DNA of 64,000 bases from Eledone cirrhosa (GCA_964016885.1 OZ024741.1:370760001-370824000); one strand, 5' to 3'. Shown: positions 28,545 to 45,702, counted from the stretch's first letter. Made by a program: numbers and translations. The notes: generated by a model from the sequence alone, not told the origin.

Positions 28545-28703
28545 GTCCCCCACTCTCCTGAGCGTGAATTTAATAAACATTTATTGTACTGCCTCTCTGT
28601 TCTGTCCCTGTTCAATTTTTCATTATATATATATATATATATACATGCATACATACATGCATACATATATGCATATATATTCATCATTGCTTGCTATTTT
28701 TAC

Positions 28704-28780
<77 letters not shown>

Positions 28781-29093
28781 TGTGTGTGTCCTCTTCCCTC
28801 TTTCCCGCTGTAACTCTCTGCGCTCCTTCATTCTTTCTCTTTCTCACCCTTTCCATTCATTTCCATTCAGCGACATTTATTGGTTGACTGAAAGATCTTT
28901 ATTGGCTGTTCACAGCATTTAACGTGCAAATCTACGGAGATCGTTAGAGGAACACCAGACAATTAAGCTAACGACACTAAATATGATATACACTCAACTA
29001 ATTCTGTCTCTACACTTTATGTGGGGAGAACTGAGCTAGTGATAAAGATTGGAAGAGGAACACTAGATAATTAAGCTAGCCACACTAAATATT

Positions 29094-29480
29094 GATTTCT
29101 ACTTTAGGCGCAAGGCCAGCAAATTTGGGGGAAGGAGAAAGTTGGTTAAATCTACATCAGTACTTGGCTGGTACTTTGTTTTATCAATCCCAGAAAGATG
29201 GAAGGCACAGGTGCTTATGTTTCGTTGTGTTGTTGCCCTCAACTCATTCAGTCTGCCATATTGTAATGGAGAACTTCTGGGGTGATTCTTGATAGTATAG
29301 GAAAGTTCTAAGGGCAGGTAATCCTGAAATTACACATTAATTAGATAAATAAATTACAAATTTATAAATGTGAGTTAACTCTAAGTTGAGCTTGATCGGA
29401 TTTGAACTAAGAATGTAGATAGTCAAAACACATGCCACAATGCTATTTTATTCGGCGCTCTACCAATTTTGCCAGGACGC
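29094..29480 (-). mobile_element. Old SINE copy split by a ~170-bp insert
   Basis: 3' part 29094-29208 and tRNA part 29385-29480 (GGATTTGAACT); TSD CACTAAATATT at 29083-29093 and 29481-29491. Confidence 0.65.
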
Positions 29481-29685
29481 CACTAAATATTACAAACACT
29501 CAATCATTCTACGGGAGTAAGGCTGGGCTAGGCTGGTGATAGACAACGTTAAAGGACACCAGACAATTAAGCTAACACTAAATATTATATACACTTTACC
29601 TCTTCCTCGACACATTGCGTAAAAAAAAATGGAAGAACAAAAATTAAATTTTCTAGAAAAGTCGTTGAAAATTTCAAACCTTATA

Positions 29686-32600
29686 CATACACACATACAC
29701 ATGGTTACATACACACACACATGGTTACATACACACACACATGGTTACATACACACATACACATGGTTACATACACACACACATGGTTACATACACACAC
29801 ACATGGTTACATACACACATACACATGGTTACATACACACACACATGGTTACATACACACACACACACACATGGTTACATACACACATACACATGGTTAC
29901 ATAGACACACACACATGGTTACATACACACACACACACATACTGTTACACACACACTGTTACACACACAGAGATACACACGCACCGTTACACACAGAGAG
30001 ATACACACACACTGTTACACACACAGAGATACACACACACACTGTTACATACACAGAGATACACACACACTGTTAGAACACAGAGATACACACACACTGT
30101 TACATACACAGAGATACACACACACTGTTACATAGACAGAGATACACACACACTGTTACACACACAGAGATATACACACACACTGTTACATACACAGAGA
30201 TACACACACACTGTTAGAACACAGAGATACACACACACACTGTTACATACACAGATACACACACACACTGTTACATAGACAGAGATACACACACACACTG
30301 TTACACACACACAGAGATACACACACACACTGTAACACACACACAGATACACACACACTGTTACACACACAGAGATACACACACACACTGTTACACACAC
30401 AGAGATACACACACACACTGTTACATACACAGAGATACACACACACACACTGTTACATACACAGAGATACACACACACACACTGTTAAAACACAGAGATA
30501 CACACACACACTGTTACATACACAGAGATACACACACACTGTTACAAACACAGAGATACACACACACACTGTTACACACACAGAGATACACACACACTGT
30601 TAAAACACAGAGATACACACACACTGTTACAAACACAGAGATATACACACACACTGTTACACACACAGAGATACACACACACACTGTTAAAACACAGAGA
30701 TACACACACACTGTTACATACACAGAGATACACACACACACACACTGTTACATACACAGAGATACACACACACACTGTTATATACACAGAGATACACACA
30801 CACACACTGTTACATACACAGAGATACACACACACACTGTTAAAACACAGAGATACACACACACTGTTACACGCACAGAGATACACAAACACACTGTTAC
30901 ACACACAGAGATACACAGACACACACTGTTACATACACAGAGATACGCACACACACTGTTACATACACAGAGATACACACACACACACTGTTACATACAC
31001 AGAGATACACACACACACTGTTACACACACAGAGATACACACACACACTGTTACATACACAGAGATACACAGACACACACTGTTACATACACAGAGATAC
31101 ACACACACACTGTTACATACACAGAGATACACACACACACTGTTACACACACAGAGATACACACACACACTGTTACATACACAGAGATACACAGACACAC
31201 ACTGTTACATACACAGAGATACACACACACTGTTACACACACAGAGATACACACACACACACACTGTTACATACACAGAGATACACACACACACACTGTT
31301 AAAACACAGAGATATACACACACACTGTTACACACACAGAGATACACACACACACTGTTAAAACACAGAGATACACACACACTGTTACATACACAGAGAT
31401 ACACAGACACACACTGTTACATACACAGAGATACACACACACTGTTACACACACAGAGATACACACACACACACTGTTACATACACAGAGATACACACAC
31501 ACACTGTTAAAACACAGAGATATACACACACACTGTTACACACACAGAGATACACACACACTGTTAAAACACAGAGATACACACACACACTGTTAAAACA
31601 CAGAGATACACACACACTGTTACACACAGAGATACACACACACACTGTTAAAACACAGAGATACACACACACTGTTACACACACAGAGATACACACACAC
31701 ACTGTTAAAACACAGAGATACACACACACTGTTACAAACACAGAGATATACACACACACTGTTACATACACAGAGATACACAGACACACACTGTTACATA
31801 CACAGAGATACACACACACTGTTACACACACAGAGATACACACACACACACTGTTACATACACAGAGATACACACACACACACTGTTAAAACACAGAGAT
31901 ATACACACACACTGTTACACACACAGAGATACACACACACACTGTTAAAACACAGAGATACACACACACTGTTACATACACAGAGATACACAGACACACA
32001 CTGTTACATACACAGAGAGATACACACACTGTTACACACACAGAGATACACACACACACACTGTTACATACACAGAGATACACACACACACACTGTTAAA
32101 ACACAGAGATACACACACACACTGTTAAAACACAGAGATACACACACACTGTTACACACAGAGATACACACACACACTGTTAAAACACAGAGATACACAC
32201 ACACTGTTACACACACAGAGATACACACACACACTGTTAAAACACAGAGATACACACACACTGTTACACACACAGAGATACACACACACACTGTTAAAAC
32301 ACAGAGATACACACACACTGTTACAAACACAGAGATATACACACACACTGTTACACACACAGAGATACACACACACACTGTTAAAACACAGAGATACACA
32401 CACACTGTTACACACACACAGAGATACACACACACACTGTTACACACACAGAGATACACACACACTGTTACATACACAGAGATACACAGACACACACTGT
32501 TACATACACAGAGATACACACACACACACTGTTACATACACAGAGATACACACACACACTGTTACATACACAGAGATACACACACACTGTTACATACACA

Positions 32601-32720
32601 GGGATACACACACACTGTTACATACACAGAGATACACACACACACACTGTTACATACACAGAGATACACACACACACTGTTACACACACAGAGATACACA
32701 CACACACTGTTACACACACA
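29686..32720. repeat. CA-based minisatellites: (ACACATGGTTACATAC)n then ~28-32 bp (ACACACTGTTACATACACAGAGATAC)n
   Basis: Direct reading. Confidence 0.95.
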
Positions 32721-32724
32721 TACA

Positions 32725-33695
32725 GTGTATCTGTTATGTATGTATGTGTGTGTATCTGTGTGTGTATGTGTTCATGTGTGTGTATGTGTTCATGTGTGTC
32801 TATCTGTATATGTGTATGTGTGTGTATGTGTGTGTGTATGTGTGTGTATATGTGTCTATCTGTATATGTGTGTATCTGTGTGTGTATGTGTGTATCAGTG
32901 TGTGTATATGTGTATATGCGTGTGTATGTGTGTATATGTGTGTATATGGGTGTATATGTGTGTATTTGTGTGTATATGTGTGTATATATATGTATCAGTG
33001 TATGTATCTGTGTATATGTGTGTGTATGTGTTTATATGTGTGTATATGTGTGTATCTGCGTGTATATGTGTGTATCTGTGTGTATATATGCGTATCTGTG
33101 TGTATATGTTTGTATATGTGTATATGTGTGTGTATATATATGTGTATCAGTGTGTATACCTGTGTGTATATGTGTATATATATGTGTGTATATGTGTGTA
33201 TATGTGTGTATATGTGTGTATCAGTGTTTATACCTGTGTGTATATGTCTATATATGTGTGTATATGTGTGTATATGTGTGTATCAGTGTGTGTATCTGTG
33301 TATATGTGTGTATATGTGTGTATCAGTGTTTATACCTGTGTGTAAATGTGTATATATGTGTGTATATGTGTGTATATGTGTGTATATGTGTGTATCAGTG
33401 TGTGTATCTGTGTATCTGTGTATATGTGTGTATATGTGTGTATCAGTGTTTATACCTGTGTGTATATGTGTGTATATGTGTGTATATGTGTGTATCAGTG
33501 TGTGTATCTGTGTATATGTGTATATATGTGTGTATATGTGTGTATATGTGTGTATATGTGTGTATCAGTGTGTGTATCTGTGTATATGTGTATATATGTG
33601 TGTATATGTGTGTATATGTGTGTATCAGTGTTTATACCTGTGTGTATATGTGTATATATGTGTGTATATATGTATATATGTGTGTATATGTGTCT
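32725..33695. repeat. TG-based minisatellite (TGTGTATATG / TGTATCAGTG / TGTATCTGTG)
   Basis: Direct reading. Confidence 0.92.
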
Positions 33696-33759
33696 ATCGG
33701 TGTCCGTTTATGTGTTTTTGAATTTTAAGTGATGCAATAGAAAAGGTCGAAGAATAGTT

Positions 33760-36700
33760 GTGGGGGGGTAGTGGTGGTGGTGGTGGTGCTGGTAGTAGTG
33801 GTGGTGGTAGTAGTGGTGCTGGTAGTAGTGGTGGTAGTGGTGGTGGTGTTGGTAGTGGTGGTGGTGGTGGTAGTGGTGGTGGTGGTGGTAGTGGTGGTGA
33901 TGGTAGTGGTGGTGGTGGTGGTAGTAGTGGTGGTGGTGGTGGTTGCGGTGGCAGTAGTGGTGGTGGTGTTGGTGGTGGTGGTGGTAGTGGTGGTGGTGGT
34001 GGTAATGTTGGTGGTCGTGGTGGTGGTGGTAGTGGTGGTAGTTGTGGTAGTAGTGGTGGTGGTGGTGGTGGTGGTAGTGGTGGTAGTGATGGTGGTGCTG
34101 GTAGTGGTGGTGGTGGTAATAGTAGTAGTGGTGGTGGTAGTGGTGTTGGTCGTGGTTGTGGTGGTAGTAGTGGTGGTGGTGTTGGTGGTGGTGGTAGTGG
34201 TGGCGGTGGTGGTAGTCGTGGTAGTCGTGGTAGTAGTGGTGGTGGTATTGGTGGTGGTGGTAGTAGTGGTGGTGCTGGTGGTGGTAGTTGTGACGGTGAT
34301 GGTGGATGTTGTGGTGGTGATGGTGTTGGTGGTGGTGGTGGTAGTTGTGGCGGTGATGGTGGTGGTGGTGGTGGTGGTGGTGGTGGTGGATGTGGTGATG
34401 GTGATGGCGGTGGTGGTGGTGGTGGTGGTGTTGGTTGTGGTAATGGTTGTGGCGGTGGTAGTGATAGTGGTGGTAGTGGTGGTGGTGGTGGTGATGGTGG
34501 TGGTGATGGTGGTTGTAGTGGTGATGCTGGTGGTAGTAGTGGTGCTGGTGGTAGTGGTGGTGGTGATGGTAGTGGTGGTGGTGGTGTTGGTGGTAGTCTT
34601 GGTGGTGGTGGTGGTGATGGTGGTGGTAGTGTTGAAGGTGTTGGTAGTGGTGGTGGTGGTGGTAGCGGTAGTGTTGGTGGTGGTGATGGTGGTGGTGATG
34701 GTGCTGGTAGTGGTGATGGTGGTGGTAGTAGTGGTGGTGGTGCTGGTAGTGGTGGTGGTATTGTTGGTGGTGGTGGTGATGGTGGTGGTGATGGTGGTGG
34801 TAGTGGTGATGGTGGTGGTAGTGGTGGTGGTGGTGGTGGTAGTGGTGGTGGTGTTGGTGGTGGTGGTGGTGATGGTGGTGGTAGTGGTGGTGGTGGTGGT
34901 AGTGGTGGTGGTAGTGGTGGTGATATTGTTGTTGGTGGTGGTGGTGATGGTGCTGGTAGTGGTGATGGTGATGGTAGTGGTAGCGGTGGTGGTGTTGGTG
35001 GTGTTGATGGTGGTGGTGATGGTGGTGGTAGTGGTAGAGGTGGTGGTGTTGGTGGTGGTGGTGTTGGTGGTGATGTTGGTGATGGTGGTGATGGTGGTGG
35101 TGGTAGTTGTGGCGGTGATGGTGGTGGTTGTGGTTGTAGTGGTGATGGTGGTGGTGGTGGTGGTGGTAGTAGTGGTGGTGGTGGTGGTGCTGGTAGTAGT
35201 GGTGGTGGTAGTAGCGGTGCTGGTAGTAGTGGTGGTAGTGGTGGTGGTGTTGGTAGTGGTGGTGGTGGTGGTGGTAGTGGTGGTGGTGGTGGTAGTGGTG
35301 GTGATGGTAGTGGTGGTGGTGGTGGTAGTAGTGGTGGTGGTGGTGGTTGTGGTGGCAGTAGTGGTGGTGGTGTTGGTGGTGGTGGTGGTAGTGGTGGCGG
35401 TGATGGTGGATGTAGTGGTGGTGGTGATAGTCGTGGTAGTCGTGACAGTAGTGGTGGTGGTGGTGGTAGTGGTGGAGGTGGTGGTGGTAATGGTGGTGGT
35501 CGTGGTGCTGGTGGTAGTGGTGGTAGTTGTGGTAGTAGTGGTTGTGGTGGTGGTAGTGGTGGTGGTGCTGGTAGTGGTGGTGGTGGTAATAGTAGTAGTG
35601 GTGGTGGTAGTGGTGTTGGTGTTGGTTGTGGTGGTAGTAGTGGTGGTGGTGTTGGTGGTGGTGGTAGTGGTGGCGGTTGTGGTAGTCGTGGTAGTCGTGG
35701 TAGTAGTGGTGGTGGTATTGGTGGTGGTGGTAGTTGTGACGGTGATGGTGGATGTTGTGGTGGTAATGGTGTTGGTGGTGGTGGTGGTAGTTGTGGCGGT
35801 GATGGTGGTGATGGTGGTGGTGGTGGTGGTGGTGGTGGTGGTGGTGGTGGATGTGGTGATGGTGATGGCGGTGGTGGTGGTGGTGGTGGTGGTGGTGGTG
35901 GTGGTGGTGGTGTTGGTTGTGGTAATGGTTGTGGCGGTGGTAGTGATAGTGGTGTTGGTGGTGGTGGTGGTGGTGATGGTGGTGGTGATGGTGGTTGTAG
36001 TGGTGATGCTGGTGGTAGTGGTGCTGGTGGTAGTAGTGGTGGTGATAGTAGTGGTGGTGGTGGTGTTGGTGTTGGTGGCAGTGTTGGTGGTGGTGGTGGT
36101 GATGGTGGTGGTAGTGGTGATGGTGTTGGTAGTGGTGGTGGTGGTGGTAGCGGTGGTGTTGGTGGTGGTGGTGATGGTGCTGGTAGTGGTGATGGTGGTG
36201 GTAGTGGTAGTGGTGGTGGTAGTGGTGGTGGTATTGTTGGTGGTGGTGGTGATGGTGGTGGTGATGGTGGTGGTAGTGGTGATGGTGGTGGTAGTGGTGG
36301 TGGTGGTAGTGGTGGTGGTGTTGGTGGTGGTGGTGGTGATGGTGGTGGTGATGGTGGCGGTAGTGGTGATGGTGGTGGTAGTGGTGGTGGTGGTGGTAGT
36401 GGTGGTGGTAGTGGTGGTGGTATTGTTGTTGGTGGTGGTGGTGATGGTGGTGGTAGTGGTGATGGTGATGGTAGTGGTAGCGGTGGTGGTGTTGGTGGTG
36501 TTGATGGTGGTGGTGATGGTGGTGGTAGAGGTGGTGGTGTTGGTGGTGGTGGTGGTGGTGTTAGTGGTGATGGTGGTGATGGTGGTGATGGTGGTGGTGG
36601 TAGTTGTGGCGGTGATGGTGGTGGTGGTGGTTGTAGTGGTGATGGTGGTGGTGGTGGTGGTGGTAGTAGTGGTGGTGGTGGTGGTTGTGGTGGCAGTAGT

Positions 36701-37372
36701 GGTGGTGGTGTTGGTGGTGGTAGTGGTGGCGGTGATGGTGGTGGTGGTAGTGGTGGTGGTGGTGGTAGTGGTGGTGGCGGTGGTAATGGTGGTGGTCGTG
36801 GTGGTGGTGGTAGTGGTGGTAGTTGTGGTAGTAGTGGTGGTGGTGGTGGTAGTGGTGGTGGTGGTAGTGGTGGTAGTGGTGGTGGTGCTGGTAGTGGTGG
36901 TGGTGGTAATAGTAGTAGTGGTGGTTGTGGTGGTAGTAGTGGTGGTTGTGGTGGTAGTAGTGGTGGTGGTGTTGGTGGTGGTGGTAGTGGTGGCGGTGGT
37001 GGTAGTCGTGGTAGTCGTGGTAGTAGTGGTGGTGGTATTGGTGGTGGTGGTAGTAGTGGTGGTGGTGGTGGTGGTGGTGTTGGTGTTGCTGGTAGTTGTG
37101 ACGGTGATGGTGGATGTGGTGGTGGTGGTGGTGGTGGTGGTGGTGGTGGTGAGAGTGGTGGTGGTTGTGGTGGTGGTGGATGTGGTGATGGTGATGGCGG
37201 TGGTGGTGGTGGTGGTGGTGGTGGTGGTGTTGGTTGTGGTAATGGTTGTGGTGGTGGTGTTGGTTGTGGTAATGGTTGTGGCGGTCGTAGTGATAGTGAT
37301 GGTGGTGGTGATGGTGGTGGTGATGGTGGTGGTGATGGTGGTGGTGATGGTGGTGGTGATGGTGGTGGTGAT
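33760..37372. repeat. 3.6-kb degenerate (GGT)n array with ~1.3-1.5 kb higher-order repeat
   Basis: Marker GGTAGTCGTGGTAGTCGTGGTAGTAGTGGTGGTGGTATT recurs at 34211, 35681 and 37001. Confidence 0.92.
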
Positions 37373-37439
37373 GTATTGATGAAGGGAAGATGATGACTAT
37401 GGCGTACATAAACAAAGAGAAAGAAATGGCAAGAATATA

Positions 37440-39036
<1,597 letters not shown>

Positions 39037-39217
39037 TAATAAAAATAATGAATAAAAACAAAAAACAGTTCCTTATATTAAAAAATTCTTCATTTTACGA
39101 TCGTTTCTAGGATATATATGTGTGTGTTGGTATGTATATCATATAGATCTATGTAAACATTTTACAAACTATCAGAGGGAATATACATACCTACACATAT
39201 ATATGCTGTCTTCAGAA

Positions 39218-39405
39218 ATAATTGTTTCTACTTTAAGCACCAGGCCAGCAATTACCCAGTGTATTACTGGTACTTTATTTTATCGACCCCGTAAGGATGA
39301 AAGGCAAAGTCAACCTCGGCGGGATTTGAACTCAGATCGTAAAGGGACGTAACTATGCTGGAAAGCATGGCGTCCGACCCTCTACCGATACTGCCAATCC
39401 ACCGC
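39218..39405 (-). mobile_element. tRNA-derived SINE, young copy
   Basis: Reverse complement of the SINE; flanking direct repeat GCTGTCTTCAGAAATAAT at 39205-39222 and 39404-39421. Confidence 0.92.
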
Positions 39406-39489
39406 TGTCTTCAGAAATAATGATATTTGTTTATTGAAAAAAATAGGTCTGTTTGGGAACAGGTTTTGAATTGACCAATAGAAAAGTAA

Positions 39490-39522
<33 letters not shown>

Positions 39523-39523
39523 T

Positions 39524-39564
<41 letters not shown>

Positions 39565-40299
39565 GTGAGAGAGAGATGTATATATATATAATATATATAA
39601 ACACACACACATATATATATATATTATACACACACGCACATGCATACATACACACGTGAGTATATATAAATGTGTATGTATATATATATATATATATCTA
39701 TATATATATATGTGTGTGTGGGTGTGTATGTATATATATATGTGTGTGTCTATATGTTAAGCGAGTATCTCAGACATTAGTACATACAGATTAGTCTCTC
39801 TTCTCTTTGTGCATGATGGCTACCAATAAAAAATGACCCCAAAATATAAAATCATTTTGCATTAAAGTGTTTGTATTTATCGGAAACGCTTTCACCATAA
39901 TTTTCTGTAGAAATAACCTTTGTTGGGTGATGCTCCATACATCAGCTTAATGAAAAAGTTAAATATATTACTAAATCCCACAAATTCTTGATTATTTTCA
40001 AATTTAATTGAAAGTCATTTTCATTGGTGTTTCAAGTAGTGTTTTCATTAAAAATATGGTAGTGAAACGGTCTGTATGTGATTGTTCTAATTACTAGAAA
40101 CAGAAACCAAATCAAATTCAACCACCTTTTTAATAAAACAAAGGACATTTTGGGTAATTTAGTCCGAAATGAACTATGTCTGAGATAGATGGGATGGTGG
40201 TGGTTAAACTGTCTTTGACTCAAGTTCTGATTGATTAGCCAAAACAGCAACAACAACAATAAATATACAACTGGAGTTATTGGCTTGGAAATTTCTACA

Positions 40300-41450
40300 A
40301 CAGCTTGCTTGTATCGCAAATGCAAGGAGAAGCGTGCTAAGCTTTGTAAACCGTCTTCTTTGCTAGGATGGCATCTTTAACCTCTTGCTTGAACCAAAGG
40401 GCTTTCTTGTGTCTCCCCCCCCCCCCCCCCACCACCACCACCACCACACCAAGCCGCTTTCGCCCGCAATATTTAACAACTGAAGCAGAAACTGCCAAAC
40501 TGAACAGTCTCCACTTCGTTTCTACATTCTCAGTTTACTCAAGATCTCTAAATATGGATGCAATGCTATCCGCATATCTGGTGATGACTTCTTTATCAGC
40601 CAGCGTTTCCCACTTTATCCTGTAGGTCGACCTCGACCTGCCAGTTTGTGAGTTTACCTGGTTTTATGTAGTCTCAGGCTGCACAAAATTAGATGGTGAT
40701 CAGTTGAAAGCACAGTCCTTCTCTTAACACGAACATCCAGTACAGAATCAAAGAGATTGGAGACAATAACAAAGTCTGTCTGTGATTCCCCTTATACCAT
40801 ATGTATTTATGGATGTCTTTGTGCTGGAGGAAGGTGTTCATAATAGAGAGTCCATTGCTAGAACAAAAGTCTAATAAGGCCTCTCCATTCATATTTTAAT
40901 CAGGACCGCCATCCCCTTTCAATCACTTATTTCCATGTCAGGGGGTCAGTGCCAACATGTACATTGAAGACTCCCGATTTCAATAAGGTATTGATCTGTA
41001 TTCAGGCTCTTTGTTTGGCGCATAAACTTTCACGATCCACGGAGACATTTCGGTCAGCCAAAGTTTCAAGAGGCAAATCCTCCTTTCCAATGGAATTCAG
41101 TCCATAACACATTCCGACAGCCGGAGCCTTGAGAGTCTCCCCCTCCCTGTGTAATCTTTTCTGACACCACAACTGAATATTGGAGTTTCCATCCTCCATC
41201 AAAATCTACAGTACCGGAGCCACGGAACGTTGTTAGGGAATCCCCGACTATATCTAGCCGATAGCATCTGGCCTCTTCCACTAGTTCTTGCTCCTTACCT
41301 GTAAAAGTTGTAACATTCCAGTTTCCAATTGTTAATGTTTGCTCCCTTCTGGACCCTCTTTTGATGTCTCGGGATACGCAACCTTTGTACGTCCATCTCA
41401 TACTTCCCAGGGCAGGTTTCAGGCCCATTGCCAGTTTTTTCAGCGTTAGA
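40300..41450 (-). mobile_element. Degenerate RTE-clade LINE, APE endonuclease region
   Basis: LTIGNWNVTTFTGKEQELVEEARCYRLDIVG..GSG..GWKL.YS and NGEALLDFCSSNGLSIMNTFLQHKDIHKYIWY. Confidence 0.8.
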
Positions 41451-42090
41451 TGGAGATTGAAATATATTTTTCGAACAGGCTTCTCTGCCTAAAGCCTGAA
41501 CTCACCCCTTGTGACTCCGCGTGAAGGACGATACGGTATGACAGCTTTTATTGTATCTAATCTTATTGCAGAATTGTGGTTGTCTTATTGGTGCCAGTCC
41601 TCCATTTGATACTTTTCACAGACACGCGAAGAGCTAAATATCAGTACCTGTGTTTTCAATAAATGCGGAAACCTTTACAGCAGTGATTTTTAATGATTCT
41701 TATGTCTTTTAGCCTCTCAGCTTCTTTGATGTCGTCATTTACTCCTCTTACTCCTGTATAAATAATGTTTATTTATATTCATAGACAGTGCAGGGGTCTC
41801 AGACGCAGAAGATATCTGTAAACACTGTCAACTGCTAAAAATAATAGTTTAGAAAATCAGGTAAAATACCCCAATGGACGGAAAAAGTGGCCAGCAAACG
41901 CTACGAAGAATCGAAATTCAAATATCAAATTCCGGTTGTGTGATCTAAATTAGATAGCTAAATCGAACAGCTTTTGAATGTAAACAACTAAGTATCGATA
42001 TATATATATATATATAGTGAGAGAGAGAGAGAAAGAAAGATAGGCACGTTGCTACCCAAACATCTTTTAGTTTGCTAACGTTAATATATA

Positions 42091-42896
<806 letters not shown>

Positions 42897-42913
42897 AGAT
42901 AGAGGCTTTTATA

Positions 42914-43380
<467 letters not shown>

Positions 43381-43565
43381 AAAAGAGTTTGGAGATGTCA
43401 GTGTAAGGAAGCTGTAGTAGAGGAAAAGCAAAAAAAAAAATGGACAATTGTGGCTATAGCTAATCTCAAGATGTTGAATCTCAGAGAAGAGAGGACAAAG
43501 GAACACTACAGCTGCAGTAAGGCAAGCATGGAAAAGCAGATGTAAAATGAAGAAATATATATATA

Positions 43566-44410
43566 CTAGCTGACGTACCTAGCTTCACCCGGGTAAACAG
43601 ATGATAAGAGAAGACAGGTAAAAGAGAAAATGACTGTATTGGATGTTTGTCTGGTTACAGTATGAGGCGAGTCCGTGGTGTCTGTGTGATACAAAGAAGA
43701 GTAAAATAAATCTTCCAGATATACCAGATTCTTCGTTGTACCGTTTGTGCATAGTATATGAACAATTCTAGGTGCTCGCACCTAGAATAGTGACCGCTAG
43801 GAGATGGTTCATCTTCTGCCTGACTGTAAAACGTGTATCATTGCATAGACGTGGTTGCTCCACGTTTCTCAAAAGGATGATGGAAGTTCCAATCTTTTAT
43901 ATTATATGTAGATATAGATATAGATAAATAATATGAAAGATGATGCTCAGACAGTTCGTCTTCAACCATCGCAGCACGCCGTCGCTGCTTGGCTCCAGTG
44001 TTTCGTTGGCGTTGTTCAGCCAGCTCCTCTTCATTCATGGCGACACGTCTTCGCCTCTGAAGTTCGATGTTCCGATGGCGCTGTTCGGCCCGTTTTTCTT
44101 CATTGCTGGCTGCACGCCGTCGCCGCTGTGGTTCACTGTTTGATAAAGTCGAATTGCTTTTACTTTCCGTGGAACGCTGCATGCACGCAGACACACATCA
44201 ACACACGCGCACGTACATACACACGCACACATGGTAATAGTTACAACGTTCACTTTGCCTCTCTGTTTCTTACTCTCCCCTCTCACTCCCTCATTGGCAT
44301 TATGCATATTAATTTAAGTTTGGCGTCGTTGAGGTGGGCGGAGTCATTTGAAACCTATGAACCAATGATAATCGAGAATTATGACACACGGAATACTGAC
44401 ATTGTTGAAA

Positions 44411-44420
<10 letters not shown>
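43566..44420 (-). mobile_element. Internally deleted Helitron, copy 2, with RepHel fragments
   Basis: Same termini as copy 1; minus strand encodes R/E-rich repeats (EQRHRNIELQRRRR), Pif1-like KIGTSIILLRNVEQPRLCNDTRFTV (about 43897-43780) and a C-terminal NGTTKNLVYLEDL. Confidence 0.82.
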
Positions 44421-44495
<75 letters not shown>

Positions 44496-44496
44496 A

Positions 44497-44693
44497 AAGT
44501 CAAAAGTAGAAGATATATGTATATATATATAGAGAGAGAGAGAAAGAACCATATATCCAGAGAAGACAAAGTATATTGAACATACATTAAATACCTATGA
44601 CAGAGAAGAACATGTAATCTTGAGTACATGTTCTTCTCTGTAATAGGTATTTAGTATATGTTCAATATACTGTGTCTTCTCTGGATATATGGT

Positions 44694-44765
<72 letters not shown>

Positions 44766-44782
44766 TCTTCTACTTTTGGCTT
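44497..44782. repeat. Long inverted repeat next to (TA)n
   Basis: Arms 44497-44616 and 44625-44782, loop ATCTTGAG; few mismatches; internal TA/GA run lengths differ. Confidence 0.9.
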
Positions 44783-44865
44783 AATATTGCTCTGGATAAT
44801 GTCTATTGATCTAATTTATTGAGAAGCACATAATTCTAACATATTTAATGTTACATTTTTATGTA

Positions 44866-44939
<74 letters not shown>

Positions 44940-45374
44940 TACATATTCGTATATATGAGTAACAGTTCTATGTGTGTATATATAGCGTATACTATGAACT
45001 ATATACGTATATATACATATATATTATATATAGAGAAAAAAAATGGAATTAAGAGACAAAGATGTGTGTAAAAAAAAACGTGTCAATCAGCCATAAATAG
45101 CAAAACAAACCTAATTAATCGAAGTGTAATACTGTTACAAAATGGTTGTCGTTAATGAAAGCCAATGGTTTTCACACCAACATTGAGATGTGGGAGTGGA
45201 CTTTAGGTGACAACACTCATTTATAACCTAAAATGACATCAGGCTTGTTCTTAGCTCCTCTCTTCACCCTTCAATAAGTCATCAATTCATTCTGTTTCCA
45301 CTTATTTTTCGACTTTCGTTTTTTCTTGTTCAGTTTGTGGTTTATATTCTTTTTTCCTTGTCATCTTATTCCAA

Positions 45375-45634
45375 TTCTTCTTCTTCTTCTTCTTCTTCTT
45401 CTTCTTCTTCTTCTTCTTCTTCTTCTTCTTCTTCTTCTTCTTCTTCTTCTTCTTCTTCTTCTTCTTCTTCGTCGTCGTCGTCGTCATCGTCCCCGTCGTC
45501 GTCTTATTATTATTATTCTCCTCCTCCTCCTCTTCATCCTACCCTCCTTCGTTTTTCTTCTTCTTCTTCTTCCTCTTCTTCTTTCTTCTTCTTCTTCTTC
45601 CTCTTCTTCTTTCTTCTTCTTCTTCTTCTTCTTC

Positions 45635-45702
<68 letters not shown>
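45375..45702. repeat. (CTT)n, (CGT)n and (ATT)n compound microsatellite
   Basis: Direct reading. Confidence 0.95.

Larger units (their letters stand above)
24200..28624 (+). mobile_element. Near full-length Neptune-type PLE ending in (TA)n
   Basis: ORF above, C/A-rich 3' region, hammerhead motif, AATAAA at 28572, then (TA)n. Confidence 0.85.

Noticed and set aside
29940-32720. CRISPR-like repeat array
   Set aside because: No unique spacers (only variable CA runs), eukaryotic context, no cas genes.
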